DNA of 64,000 bases from Mobula hypostoma. Lineage: Eukaryota. Positions 39,404-51,178 of this stretch are shown one piece after another (within the stretch, counting starts at the first letter, position 1; each line of letters begins with the position of its first letter). Under the pieces are notes generated by a model, which saw only the letters and a program-made list of their open reading frames with translations, ran no database searches and was not told the DNA's origin. Both the position numbers and the translations under genes were made by a program. The stretch covers positions 34,598,001 to 34,662,000 of the forward strand of contig NC_086097.1 in the NCBI RefSeq assembly GCF_963921235.1, in the 5' to 3' direction.

Positions 39404-40128
39404 CAAGATGCTATCAAGATATATATGGCAAGGTAAAAGGCCGAGGGTTCGTCTCAAAACTTTGCAATTAGCATCTTGTTTCATTCATTGAATTGATTTT
39501 GGATAATCTCTATTGGTAGGGTCTGGGCAGTATATTCATTTTAATGGATTCAATCCTTGAACTGAGACTAAGAAAAGGAACTAGATTCCATCTTGTTATA
39601 TCTTCATTAATTTTTTATATATATAGGCTGATAATTGCATTCTGATAATTTTGCCAAATCTTTTGGTATAATGATGCCCAAATATTGGACGGACTCTGTT
39701 TGCCATGCCCAAGGATATCTGCTTTCAATTTCCCTTGGTGGGCTATAGTTATGTGAAAGTAGTTGGGTTTTATCTATGTTGATCTTGAATCCTGATAATT
39801 GGCCATACTGTTCAAAGGATTGCATAATTTAGGTAAAGAGTATGTTGGTTGCCCTAGATAGATCAAAATGTCATCCACGTAACAGGCCAATTTATGCTCT
39901 GTCCCTTTAATAGTAATTCCCCTGATATCTTAATTTTGTCTGATGTATTGAGCTAATGGTTCCAGATATAATGCAAGGAGTATTGGTGGCTATGCACAAC
40001 CCTGTCTCGTGCCCCTTTCCAGGGTAAAACTATTAGATAAATATGGATTGATTTTAATCCTGGCAGTAGGATTGTCGTATAGTGCCTGTATAGTTTTAAT
40101 AATTGTGTCATGTAAACCAAATCTATGT
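39404..40128 (-). mobile_element. L1-clade LINE RT fragment with terminal micro-inversion
   Basis: Minus strand: GTRQGC, HKLACYVDDILIYL, YGQLSGFKINIDKT and YLGI. The continuation MLSRYIWQGKRPRVRLKTLQLA is on the plus strand at 39408-39473. Confidence 0.85.
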
Positions 40129-40587
40129 TATGGTTACTATTCTATAGATTTGTTGAGTTCATCCACGAGAAAATGAATCTCAGGCTTGTAAATGGTGACA
40201 TATATGTACCTTAAAAATAAAATTAACTTTGAACTTTCACTGACTTGGATTGACCACAGGTCTCTTTGCGTAAATTTCAAGTGTGTAAACAGAAAATGAG
40301 AAAGCATTGTTTCCAGCACCCTGATCACATGAAAATTCTCTATCAGGCCATGTTTGTATGACCATAATATAAAAGTTATTATTAAATAAATAAAACCATT
40401 CCCCAAGAATTACAATTCGCATTTTGGAGTTCATTGTTTACACTCATGACTTCATGCACATTAAAATAATAATATTGTTCCCAATAATATATTGCCACAG
40501 AGAAAATTAGTGACATTTAGGCATAGCAAGTAAAATTACAATGCAATTACTGTTGGTTTGATTTTGAATATCTGTTGTTTCTACCAG

Positions 40588-40658
40588 AAAAGAATTACAG
40601 CCGGAAAATTCAGATCATCCAGCAAAACAGAGTTGTGATGCACTAGAAGCAAATTCAG
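40588..40658 (+). CDS. ATXN3: Ataxin-3 coding exon (exon 10 equivalent; no polyQ)
   Basis: Acceptor tgttgtttctaccag|A, donor TCAG|gtccgt; 71 nt, phase 2 to 1, exactly bridging the flanking exons. Encodes KELQPENSDHPAKQSCDALEANS. Similarity to human is weak, so the call rests on phase and splice signals. Confidence 0.75.
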
Positions 40659-41416
40659 GTCCGTTTCCCAGTCTGGTCATGTTAATCTTATTGAATAAAC
40701 AGTACTACGTCTAAAATGTGTATGTTTCCTTATATGCTGCCTAACCATAACTATGTGTTTTGTGTTGATCGTAATCCTTTCTAATAACATCCTGTGCACA
40801 AGCACTAAATCAGCAGAGCTTTAGTTTTATTTCCTGTTCAGGGTGGGATGATTGTTTAAGTGATTCCCATCTCAAAGAATCTTCCATTCTTCATATTGCA
40901 GTGGTAGGTTGTATAAAATCTGATCTAATAGACGGGAAAAAAATTACTTATCTTTTTTTTGTAGAATTCTAATCCAATGTGTGGGTTAAAGGGAATGAAT
41001 TGCATGTGGCCAGATTACTGAGAATACTACTTACTTACTTCTAAAGACATAGAAAGAAGCTATTCAGCCCATTCGGCTAATGCTAGTTCCCGTCAGTTAG
41101 TGCTCCCTCTCCTTATTTTCCTTGCCCCTGCCACAACCTCTCTCCCACATACCCATCAACTGCCCTCTGATTTTATTTTGCTATTTGCCTACACAAAGCA
41201 GTAACTTAACGATAACCAAAGCAAGACACACAAAATGCTGGAGGAACTCAGCAGGCCAGGCAGCATCTATGGAAAAGAGTAAACAGTCGACGTTTCAGGC
41301 CGAGACCCTTCATCAGGGCAAACACGAGGAATTCTGCAGATGCTGGAAATTCAAGCAACACACATCAAAGTTGCTGGTGAATGCAGCAGGCCAGGCAGCA
41401 TCTCTAGGAAGAGGTA

Positions 41417-41454
41417 CAGTCGACGTTTCGGGCCGAAACCCTTCGTCAGGACTA
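41417..41454 (-). ncRNA. Minimal type-I hammerhead ribozyme motif (Penelope pLTR)
   Basis: Reverse complement reads TAGTC-CTGACGA-AGGGTTTCGGCCC-GAAACGTC-GACTG: helix I AGTC/GACT, core CUGANGA and GAAA, helix II GGGT/GCCC, loopless palindromic helix III ACGT, GUC cleavage triplet. Confidence 0.8.
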
Positions 41455-42108
41455 ACTGAAAGAAGAGCTAGTAAGAGATTTGAAAGTGGGAGGGGGAGAT
41501 CCGATATGATAGGAGAAGACAGGAGGGGGAGGGATGGAGCCAAGAACTGGACAGTTGATTGGCAAAAGGGATATGAGAGGATCATGGGACAGGAGGCCTA
41601 GGGAGAAAAAAGAGGGGGGGGGAGCCCAGAGGATGGGTAAGGGGTATAGTGAGAGTGGCCACACATTTTAATTCCACGTCTCATTCCCATTCTGATATGT
41701 CTATCCACGGCCTCCTCTACTGTAAAGATGAAGCCACACTCAGGTTGGAAGAACAACACCTTATATTTCGTCTTGGTAGCCTCCAACCTGATGGCATGAA
41801 CATCGACTTCTCTAACTTCCGCTAATGCCCCACCTCCCCCTCGTACCCCATCTGTTATTTATTTGTATACACACGGTCTTTTTCTCTCTCTGTCCCTCTC
41901 AGAATACCCCTTGCCCATCCCCTGGGTTTTCCCCCCCTCCCCCTTTTCTTTCTCCCTGGGCCTCCTGTCCCATGATCCTCTCATATCCCTTTTGCCAATC
42001 ACCTGTCCAGCTCTTGGCTCCATCCCTTCCCCTCCTGTCTTCTCCTATCATTTTGGATCTCCCCCTCCCCCTCCCACTTTCAAATCTCTTACTAGCTCTT
42101 CTTTCAGT

Positions 42109-42146
42109 TAGTCCTGACGAAGGTTCTCGGCCTGAAACGTCGACTG
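42109..42146 (+). ncRNA. Minimal type-I hammerhead ribozyme motif, sense to ATXN3
   Basis: TAGTC-CTGACGA-AGGTTCTCGGCCT-GAAACGTC-GACTG. Confidence 0.75.
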
Positions 42147-42716
42147 TACCTCTTCCTTGAGATGCTGCCTGGCCTGCTTTGTTCACCAGCAACTTTGATG
42201 TGTGTCCCTTCGTCAGGGACCTGTCTTGGCCCTAAACGTCAACTTTTACTCTGTTCCATAGATGCTGCCTGGCCTGCTGAGTTCCTCCAGCATTTTGTGT
42301 GCATTGTTTTGGATTTCCAGCATCTGCAGATTTTCTCGTATTTGTGACTTACGATTACCAGTTCCCTGCCAGCTCATCACAGGGAGATGCGGGTTGTTAA
42401 AGAGATAGCTTTGGTATTCAATCCAAGGCTATCTAATGGGATGAAAATATTAATACTCTCAATTAAAAGCAGTATCCTCATTAGAAAACCCAGGCAATCT
42501 TGAATAGCTAAGGGTTTATATTATGTTAGCTTTTTTAAGGGAAAGTATACAGAGTTGGTATCAATCAATCATAGTTTTAAGGAGAGGACTGCAAATATTG
42601 CCAATTATTTTAAAAATACAGAACCTGAAAAGAGTATTATTTTCTTGTGGGTATACTTCCTTCAATGAATTAAGACATGTAGAACCAACAAGTTCTTCTA
42701 TCTTTCTTATCTATAG

Positions 42717-42808
42717 CTAACGTGACTGAAGGAGAATTGCCTCAAGCAGATGTGTTGAAACCACTGGAAACTGGTGCCAATAATAATTCAAAAGGGGAAG
42801 GAAGTTAA
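42717..42808 (+). CDS. ATXN3: Ataxin-3 terminal coding exon (exon 11 equivalent; degenerate UIM3) with TAA stop
   Basis: Pyrimidine-rich acceptor ttcttctatctttcttatctatag|CT. Encodes (A)NVTEGELPQADVLKPLETGANNNSKGEGS*, colinear with human DAMSEEDMLQAAVTMSLETVRNDLKTEGKK*. Confidence 0.88.
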
Positions 42809-45590
42809 TTTGAGAATAAATACATTAGTAACAACTGTACTCCCATTTCTGATCTGCGTGAATTGTACTCCTCTTGTACATCAGCCACATAGAAAAATAT
42901 GCAGATGTTTTCAGAGACAGTAAAGATAATGTTCACTTGATGCTAATGCATTTTTTGTGGTTGTTGAATGGGATCATTTGCTGTACAGAACTACACGTTT
43001 TTGGTCTTCGATTGTAGCACCTTATCTGCTGAAAAACCTTCTTTATGCACATCCTAGTTAATTAAATTGCAGGGGAAGTGTGAAAATATTTTGCACCCAT
43101 CGATAAACATTTGTCTTTTGGAGAAAAAGGTAACTGGTCAAGCAGTTCATGGTTCAATTGTGCAACTGGACCTTGGAAGATAGAAAAATTGATAATGTTA
43201 AGTTCTTTGCTTTTTAAAACTATTATACATGTTTTATACCTTTTGCCTGGTACATTTCTGAAAATCATGTTCGTATAATTTTGGAGGTATCAAGAAATAT
43301 GATATGCAGAAAATGCTTGTGGTTTGAGGTTTTATCAATATTGAAAGCTTTTTGGATTGTTTATATTTGGGTATTGATCTTGTGCTGGCATTTAAATGCC
43401 TTTTAATTGCTCTAAAACAAATCACCTTCATGTTTACTGTGTTGTATTGAATTATGCAGGTTCTATTTATATGCTTGAATGTCTGTTTTGTCCATTTAAC
43501 TTTGACGGTCAAGTCTGGGAACAAATGAAGAATGTGGAATTACAGCAAATAAGACAAACTGTTGTGGAATAATTTAATCTGATGCCCATTTGGACTTCTG
43601 TTAAATAGTGCAGCTTCCTATCAGGTTTTAGACTGTTATATCTGAATAGATGTGCCTCTGTGCTTATTTCTGGCATTGCTCTGTTTTCCTATGATTGCAA
43701 AAATATGAACTCAGATTTGTTATCCATTGAAATGTCATGGTACTTATATTACAATATTAACGTACAAGGATCATGTGTTTGTCAACGTGGACCAAGATAA
43801 CATAATATAACTAGTTGCAAATTGATCTTTGCAAATGAGAGCAGTTATTTCTCCATAGTCTGCAAAATGCTGTAGCTTAGTAGTTGATTACTAGGTCCAA
43901 TGATAAGTGAATAAACAATGCTCAAGGAGGTTTTAAAATTGTATTCAATAAAACAGCTAACCAGGAATACTTGATCATGTAAATTCCTGGATTAGCATAA
44001 ATTAATTCATTTATTAATCATAGATTATACCTTCAGCCTGATGTACACTTGACTGCAAACTAAACTACTCTTAAAGCTCGTGGAGCAGCTAAAGTGAGCA
44101 ATGAATATTGCTTAGTTTTGTTGCCTATGTTCTCGGAATAATTCTGGTTAACTTGTAAAATATTTTTTTTGTTGAAAGTAACAACATAACTTTAAAAAGT
44201 GCAAAGTATTTGTTACTTTCCCTCATTGCTCTATCTTAGTCCAAAAATTTGAAGTTGATAGAATAGGGTTTATTAGGTACTGTCAGTCACTCATCACCAT
44301 TGTGTCAGTAACATTCCTCTCTGTTCTGGACTAAAGAGTATTATAAAGTGGTTATTGTGACATAGCAGTGGTTGGTGTCAGGATGGCAGGATGAAAGAGT
44401 AGAATTAACTGACTTTTATTATTTAAGTAGAAAGCACATCTTTTTAAGCAAGAGCATTTGGTAATGGATAAAAAAGGTGATTTTGTTTTAATGTCATCCC
44501 ATTGCCATCCTTCATCATGCATCATAAGGATTTGTTTGTAGGAATCCCATTCTCGCCTTGACTGAGATCAATTTATTCCTTGAAGTCCAGGAATACAGCA
44601 TGAACATTTAATGCCTTTCAGCATATCAAGCCTTGTGCTAAGACATTGATTTCTAAAATGAAAAAAGAATGCCACAGATCTTATTTTTAAAATCCAGCCA
44701 TTGCTCTATAGCTTAATTGAAGAGACTTCCACAGCTCCAGCTCAAATTTTAAGGTTCTCTCTCAACTAATTTATAAAGTCTGTTCATAATCTATTAAATC
44801 TTACTTCAACTATCTTAAACCTGAATGTGAGAAATGCAGAAGGGTCAGTTTCAGTTGTTTGGAAATACTTACTGTACCCCTGTTGGCTGGAGAGTGGTAC
44901 AACATTCGTCCCTCTTTATACTTGTAGTATCCAAATACGCTTTCTACAACTGATTACTGGCTTGACCTTCCGTGCTGTTAATTGGCCTTGATGTAGGAGC
45001 GGCCAGTTGACAACATCTAGGCTCATGTGAAGAGTAGTCTCTTGTGCAATGAAGCAGGATGTTCAGTGTCTGAGAGCGTTATCAGTTATAGTCGGTGTTT
45101 TTGAGAGGGAGGCTTGAATGGGAAGTGAGAAACAGAACTTGCTGGTGTTTTGGTTTCAGTGTGTTTTTAACAGTCTTCTTAGAATTACTAGCATTACCTG
45201 AAACAACTATAATTTCAATATTATTTTCTTTCTACATTTTTTTAAATGGAAATGAGTCATGAAACAGTTGCAGTGCCTCTGTTAGTTATATGTGCTGAAG
45301 TTTGGACTTCAATTTCTCCAAGTTCGCAGAGTTATCTGTAGAATCAAATTTCTATTTCAATGCAGGTTTTTTTTTAAAGATTAAGGCAAAATGGTAAAGA
45401 ATGTTAAATGAAATAATATCTTGCTGCCTTGTTTTATTTTGGCAAGGAGACAGGATGACAAAATATGGTTATCTGTGTTTTGCAAAGCTTTTTTTTTCCA
45501 TGTGCACACTGGAGATGAAGATTTGTTAGTCTCTAAATAGTATTCATATGGCTATGTATCCAATAAAACTACATTCTGGTTTCGGAATTA
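42809..45590 (+). other. ATXN3: Probable ATXN3 3' UTR / 3' flank with candidate poly(A) signals
   Basis: AT-rich and free of recognisable transposons in an otherwise repeat-saturated window. AATAAA at 42815, 43910, 43947 and 45562; the last is followed by GT-rich sequence. The true end is unknown. Confidence 0.55.
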
Positions 45591-46067
45591 CGTGTCTGTC
45601 TTGATATTATGTCGTCAGTTCCTGAATGAGTCATGTTCAGTCAACACAGGGGCCGTGTTTACGTAATGAACTGATAAGCATAATGGGTATACATTCATGT
45701 TTAAAATGATAAAATGTGAAATTCTGTCTTAAAGATAACAGGATGTCTGTACGTCAACTGTCTGGAATTTGATGACAATTTCCAGTACAGCTGTAAACAA
45801 CAGATTTTTCAGAAATATTTTGTCACACCAATGATAGTTTACGTACCATAGTCTGTGTGCAGAATGAAAATACTCCTCTGGTCCTCTCTCAGTCCTTACC
45901 CTACCCTGGGGATAAAGACTTACCACCTATCTGATTTATGCCCTTCATGATTTTACTGTCGACCACCTTTATTGCAGGGAAAATAGTCCCAACCTGTCCA
46001 GTCCTAGCAACGTCCTTATGAATCTTTTCTGTGCCCTCTCTAGCTTAATCACATCTTATAAAAAATA

Positions 46068-46217
46068 GCTCAAACAACAGGAATTCTGTAGATGCTGGAA
46101 ATTCAAGCAACACATTAACTGTCCTGACGAAGGGCCTTGGCCTGAAACGTCAACTGTACCTCTTCCTAGAGATGCTGCCTGGCCTGCTGCGTTCACCAGC
46201 AACTTTGATGTGTGTTG
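46068..46217. mobile_element. Miniature Penelope insertion (inverted tip plus hammerhead pLTR)
   Basis: Flanked by cttataaaaaata at 46055-46067 and 46218-46230; hammerhead at about 46119-46156. Confidence 0.85.
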
Positions 46218-46571
46218 CTTATAAAAAATAACAATAGTTAAATAATACTATATTTACATTTTTTCTGATTCTGAATCCTTATAAAATGTTAGATATCATT
46301 ATCTAACACAAATTCAATACAATTATGTTTCAATTAATTAATATGCTGATGTTGACTCAAAAGATTGCAGATGTTGGAATGTGTGCACTGAGGGAATGGC
46401 ATCTATGGAGGGAATTTTTTTTTGGGGTTCAAGATCGTCGATCTGGGCTGACAGAGGGGAGAGCCAGGTAGAGGGGAGGGGTGGAACAAGAGTTGGCAAG
46501 AGATTAGTGGATGTTATCTGATTACAGATCATTCACAGTCCAAGTGAATAGTCTGTTAGGGCACAGTTAGT

Positions 46572-46950
46572 CAAGCCAAGTCACTTTTTATTGTCATTTC
46601 AACCATAACTGCTGGTACAGAACATAGTAAAAATGAGAAAATGTTTTCCAGGACCATGCTGCTACATGAAAGAATACAAAATCTACACTGAACTACGTAA
46701 GAAAAAATACAAAAACTACACTAGACTACAGACCTATCCAGGACTGCATAAAGTGCACAAAACAGTGCAGGCACTACAATAAATAATACTAAATAATAAA
46801 CAAGACAATAGGCACAGTACAGGATATAGTAGGGTGGTGTCGAGCCAGGCTCTGGGTATTGAAGAGTCTGATGGCTTGGGGGAAGAAACTGTTACATAGT
46901 CTGGTCATGAGAGCCTGAATGCTTTGGTGCCTTTTTCCAGATGGCAGAAA
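46572..46950 (-). mobile_element. Rex1/Babar 3' end (same family as 21011-21833)
   Basis: LPSGKRHQSIQALMTRLCNSFFPQAIRLFN and a matching 3' UTR. Confidence 0.88.
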
Positions 46951-46954
46951 GGAG

Positions 46955-49900
46955 AAGAGTGCAGTGAGAATAGCTCCAGCGCACTGTTTTGTTCTGTGTG
47001 TGAGATGTGGATGTTCTGGGAGACCTCCAGCCTCCTGGATAACTACCAGGTTAATAATGAGGTAACCCTGCATAATAACCAGGTGCACCGAGCTGCAGCT
47101 GCTCAGAGAACTGGAACTGGAGCTGCAGCTTGATGACATTCGGGAGGTAATAGATAGGAACTGCAGGGAGATTGTCACCCTAGGTTGCAGGAGGCCTGTA
47201 AATGGGTGACTGTTAGGAGAAGGAAGGGAAATAGTGGCTGTTCCCCCCAGCAATAAGTATACCACTTTGGATACTATTGAGGGGGATGACCTACCGGGGA
47301 GAGCCACAGTGACTGGGTCTCTGACATTGAGTCTGGCGCTGTGGCTCAGAAGAGAAGAGAGGACTGCAGTACTGATAAGAGATTCATTGTTAGAAGAATA
47401 GAGGTTCTGTGGATGTGATAGAGACACCCAGATGGTATATTACCTCCCAGATCCCAGGGTCAGGGATGCCCCTGATCAGCTGGATTTAGAAAGCTGAGAA
47501 ACAGGAATAGTAATCTCTGGATTGCTGCCTGCGTCACATGCCAGTGAGGGTAAGAATAGGATGATATGGCAGATCACTGTGCGGCTGAGGAACTGGTGCA
47601 GGGGTCAGGGGTTCAGATCTCAGGATCATTGGGATCTCTTCTGGAGAAGATACAACTACAAAAAGAACGGGTTACACATGAACACGAGAGGGCCCAATAT
47701 CCTTGTGGGCAGGTTTACTAGAGCTGTTCAGGGGGGGTTAAACTAATTTGGCAGAGGGGTAGAAACTGGAGTGATAGGACTATAGGGGCAGTTGGTTTAC
47801 AAACAGGCAGTGTGTAGTGAGACTGTTAACAAGGACAGGCTGATAATAGGGCAAAATTGCAGTCAACGGGATGAGTTGCAATGTAAATCAAAAAGGGATG
47901 ATGAATATGAGTTTGAAAGTGTTATATTTGAATGCATGCAGTATATGGAACAAAGTCAATGAACTTGTAGCACTGTTAAAGATTGGCATGAATGATGTTG
48001 TGGGCATCACTGAATCGTGGCTGAAAGGAGATTATAGCTGGAAGCTTAACATTCAAGGATACTCATTGTATCAAAAAGGACAGGCACGTAAACTGAAGGG
48101 ATGTGGTGGCTCTGTTGGTAAAAAATGATATAAAATCATTAGAGGTGACATAGGATCAGAAGGTGTAGAGCTAAGAAAGTGCAAGTGTAAAAAGATCCTG
48201 ATGGGAGATATATACAGGCCTCTGAACAGTAGCCAGAAAGTGCTATCCGAATTACAATGGGTGATAGAAAAAAGGTAATGTCGCAATAGGATTTCCATAT
48301 GTAGGTAGATTGGGAAAATCAGGTGGGTACTGGGTCCCAAGAGAGGAAATTTGTAGACTTTTTAGAGCAGCCTGTGGTTGAGCACACCAGGGGATCAGCA
48401 GTTCTGGATTGGGTTGTGCAATGAATGGAATTGATTAGCGAGCTGAGGTAAAGGAACCTTTAGGGATCAGTGATCATAATATGATAGAATTCATCCTGCA
48501 ATTTGGGAAGAAGCTAAAGTCAGTGGAATAAAGAGGCATGAGAGGGGGCTGGCCAAAATTGATTGGAAGGGAACACTAGCAGGGATGACAGCAGAGCAGC
48601 AATAGCTGGAATTTCTGGGGGCAATTCAGAAGGTGTAGAATAGAGATACATACCAAAAAAGAAGCTTAAAGACAGGATGACACACCGTGGCTGACAAGAA
48701 GTCAAAGCCAATGTAATATATACACACATTGCCAATAAATTTACTTTGAACTTCATGTTGCCTGCCCCTCTTAAATTGTGCCAATAAACTTCCTTCCTAC
48801 TTGGGGTACCACACTTGGAGAGTTGTGAGCAATTTTGGGCTTCTTATCTAAGAAAGTACATACTGACATTGGAGAGGGTCCAGAGGAGGCTCATGAGAAT
48901 GAAAGGGTTAACGTATGAGGGGCCTTTGATAACTCTGGGGCTGTACTCACTGGAGTTGAGAAGAATGTGGAGGGATCTCATTGAAACCTATCCAAGGCCC
49001 AGATAGAGGGGGTGTGGAGAGGATGTTTTCTATAATGGGAAATTCTAGAACTCAGCCTCAGAATAGAGGGATATCCATCTATAGCAGAAATGAGGAGGAA
49101 TTTCTTCGGCCAGAGGGTGCTGAATCTTGGAATTCATTGCAACAGACAGCTATGGAGACCAAATCATTGGGTATATTTAAAGTGGAGGTTGATAGGTTCT
49201 TGATAAGTCAGGCTGTCAAAGGTTATGGGGAGAAGGCAGGAGAAAGGGGTTGAAAGGGATAATAAATCAGCCATGATGGAACTGAGCAAACTCGATGGTG
49301 AAAATGGCCTAATTCTGTTCCTATGATCTTATAAGAGCCAAAGAGAGGACATATAATAGAGCAAAAATTAGTGGGAAGTTAGAGGATTGGGGAAGCTTTT
49401 AAAAACCGACAGAAGACAACTAAAAAAGTCATAAAGAAGGAAAAGATGGAATATGAAAGTAAGCTTGCCAATCATATAAAGGAGGATACCAAAAGTTTCT
49501 TTCGATATATTAAGTTTAATAGAGGTGAGAGTATATAACGGACTGCTAGAAAATAATGCAGGAGAGATAGTGATGGAGGACAAGGAAATGGTAAATGAAC
49601 TGAACAAATAGTTCACATCAGTCTTCACTGTAGAAAACACTAGCAGTATGTTGGAAGTTTGAGAGTGTCGGGGGGCAGAAGTGTGTGAAGTTGCCATTAC
49701 TAGGGAGAAAGTTCTTGGAAAACTGAAAGGTCTGAAGGTAGGTAAGTCTCCCGGACCAGATAAACTACACGCTCGGGTCTGGACAGGGGTGGCTGAAGAG
49801 ATTCTGGAGGCATTAGTGATGATTTCCGGAAGACAGGACAATTACAAATGTCACTCCAAGAAGGGAAAGAGGCAGAGGCAAGGAAATTATAGGTCAGTTA

Positions 49901-51178
49901 GTCTGACCTCAGTGGTTTCAGGGTACTTGGGGGCACTTGATAAAATAGGCCACAGTCAGCATAGTTTCCTTAAGAGAAAATCTTGCCCGACAAATCTGCT
50001 AGAATTCTTAGAAGAAATAACAAGCAGGATTGGCAAAGGACAATCTGTGGATGTTGTGTACTTGGACAAGGCCTTTGACAAGGTGCTGCACATGAGGCTG
50101 CTTAACAAGTTAAGAGCCCATGGTACAGTATTACAGAAAAGGTTCTAACATGAGTAGAGCTTTGGCTGATTGGCAGGAGGCAAAAGATGGGAAGAAAGGG
50201 AGCTTTTTCTGGTTGGCTGCTGGTGACTAGTGGCGTTCCACAGGGACTGCTTCTTCTGACACTATATGTCAATAATTTGGATGATTGAATTGATGGTTTC
50301 AAAGATAGATGGGGGCAGGTAGTGTTGAAGAAGCAAAGAGGCTACAGAAGGACTTGGACAGATTAGGAGAATGGGCAAAGAAGTGGCAGATGGAATGCAA
50401 TGTCAGGAAGTGCATGGTCGTGGACTTTGGTAGCAGAAGCAATAGCATAGACTATTTTCTAAACAGGCAGTATATTCAAAAATCCAATGTGCAAAGGGAC
50501 TTGGGAGTCCTCATGCAGGATTCCCTAAAGGTTAATTTGCAGGGAGTGGGCAGTGAGGAAACCGAAGGCAATGTTAGCATTCATTTCAAGAGGACTAGAA
50601 TATAAAAGCAAGGATGTGATGTTGAGGCTTTATAAGACCCTGGAGAGGTCTCACATGGAGCATTGCTAGCAGTTTTGGTCCCTTTATCTCAGAAAGGCTG
50701 TGCTGACATTGGAGAGAGAGTCAAAGAATGTTCACGAAAATGATCCCAGGATTGAAAGGCTTATGATGTTTGATGGCCCTGGGCCTGTGCTCATTGGAAT
50801 TCAGAAGAATCAGGGGGAATCTCAATGAGACCTATTGAATGATGTGGAGAGGATGTTTCCTATGGTGGGGGAGTCCAAGGCCAGAGGTTGCAGCCTCGGA
50901 ATGGAGTAATGTCCATTTGGAAGAAATGAGGAGGAATTATTTTAGTTAGCGAGTATTGAATCTGTGGAATTCGTTGCCACAGTTGGCTGTGGAGGCCAAA
51001 TCATTGGTGTATTTAAGGCAAAAGTTGACAGTATCTTGATTTCTCAGGACATGAAGGGATCCAGGGAGAAGGCAGGAGATTGGGGCAGAGAGGGAAGTGA
51101 ATCAGCCGCAATGAAATGGCAGAACAGACTCGATGGGGCAAATGGCCTAATTTTGCTCCTGTGTCTTATGATCTCATG
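46955..51178 (+). mobile_element. Near full-length decayed CR1, interrupted by another CR1 3' end at about 48810-49330
   Basis: ORF1 remnants (CSVCEMW; GLLPASHASEGKNR..WCRGQGFR..DHWDLFW), then LKVLYLNACSI, RT motifs and the 3' UTR. Confidence 0.9.

Larger units (their letters stand above)
41222..42345. mobile_element. Nested palindromic Penelope structure
   Basis: Inner element 41319-42205 (minus pLTR then plus ORF end and pLTR) is flanked by a 13-bp duplication cccttcRtcaggg and sits inside an older inverted pLTR pair. Confidence 0.9.

Noticed and set aside
45758..45793. Short hairpin ctgtctggaattt...aatttccagtacag as a pre-miRNA
   Set aside because: The stem is too short and nothing else supports it.
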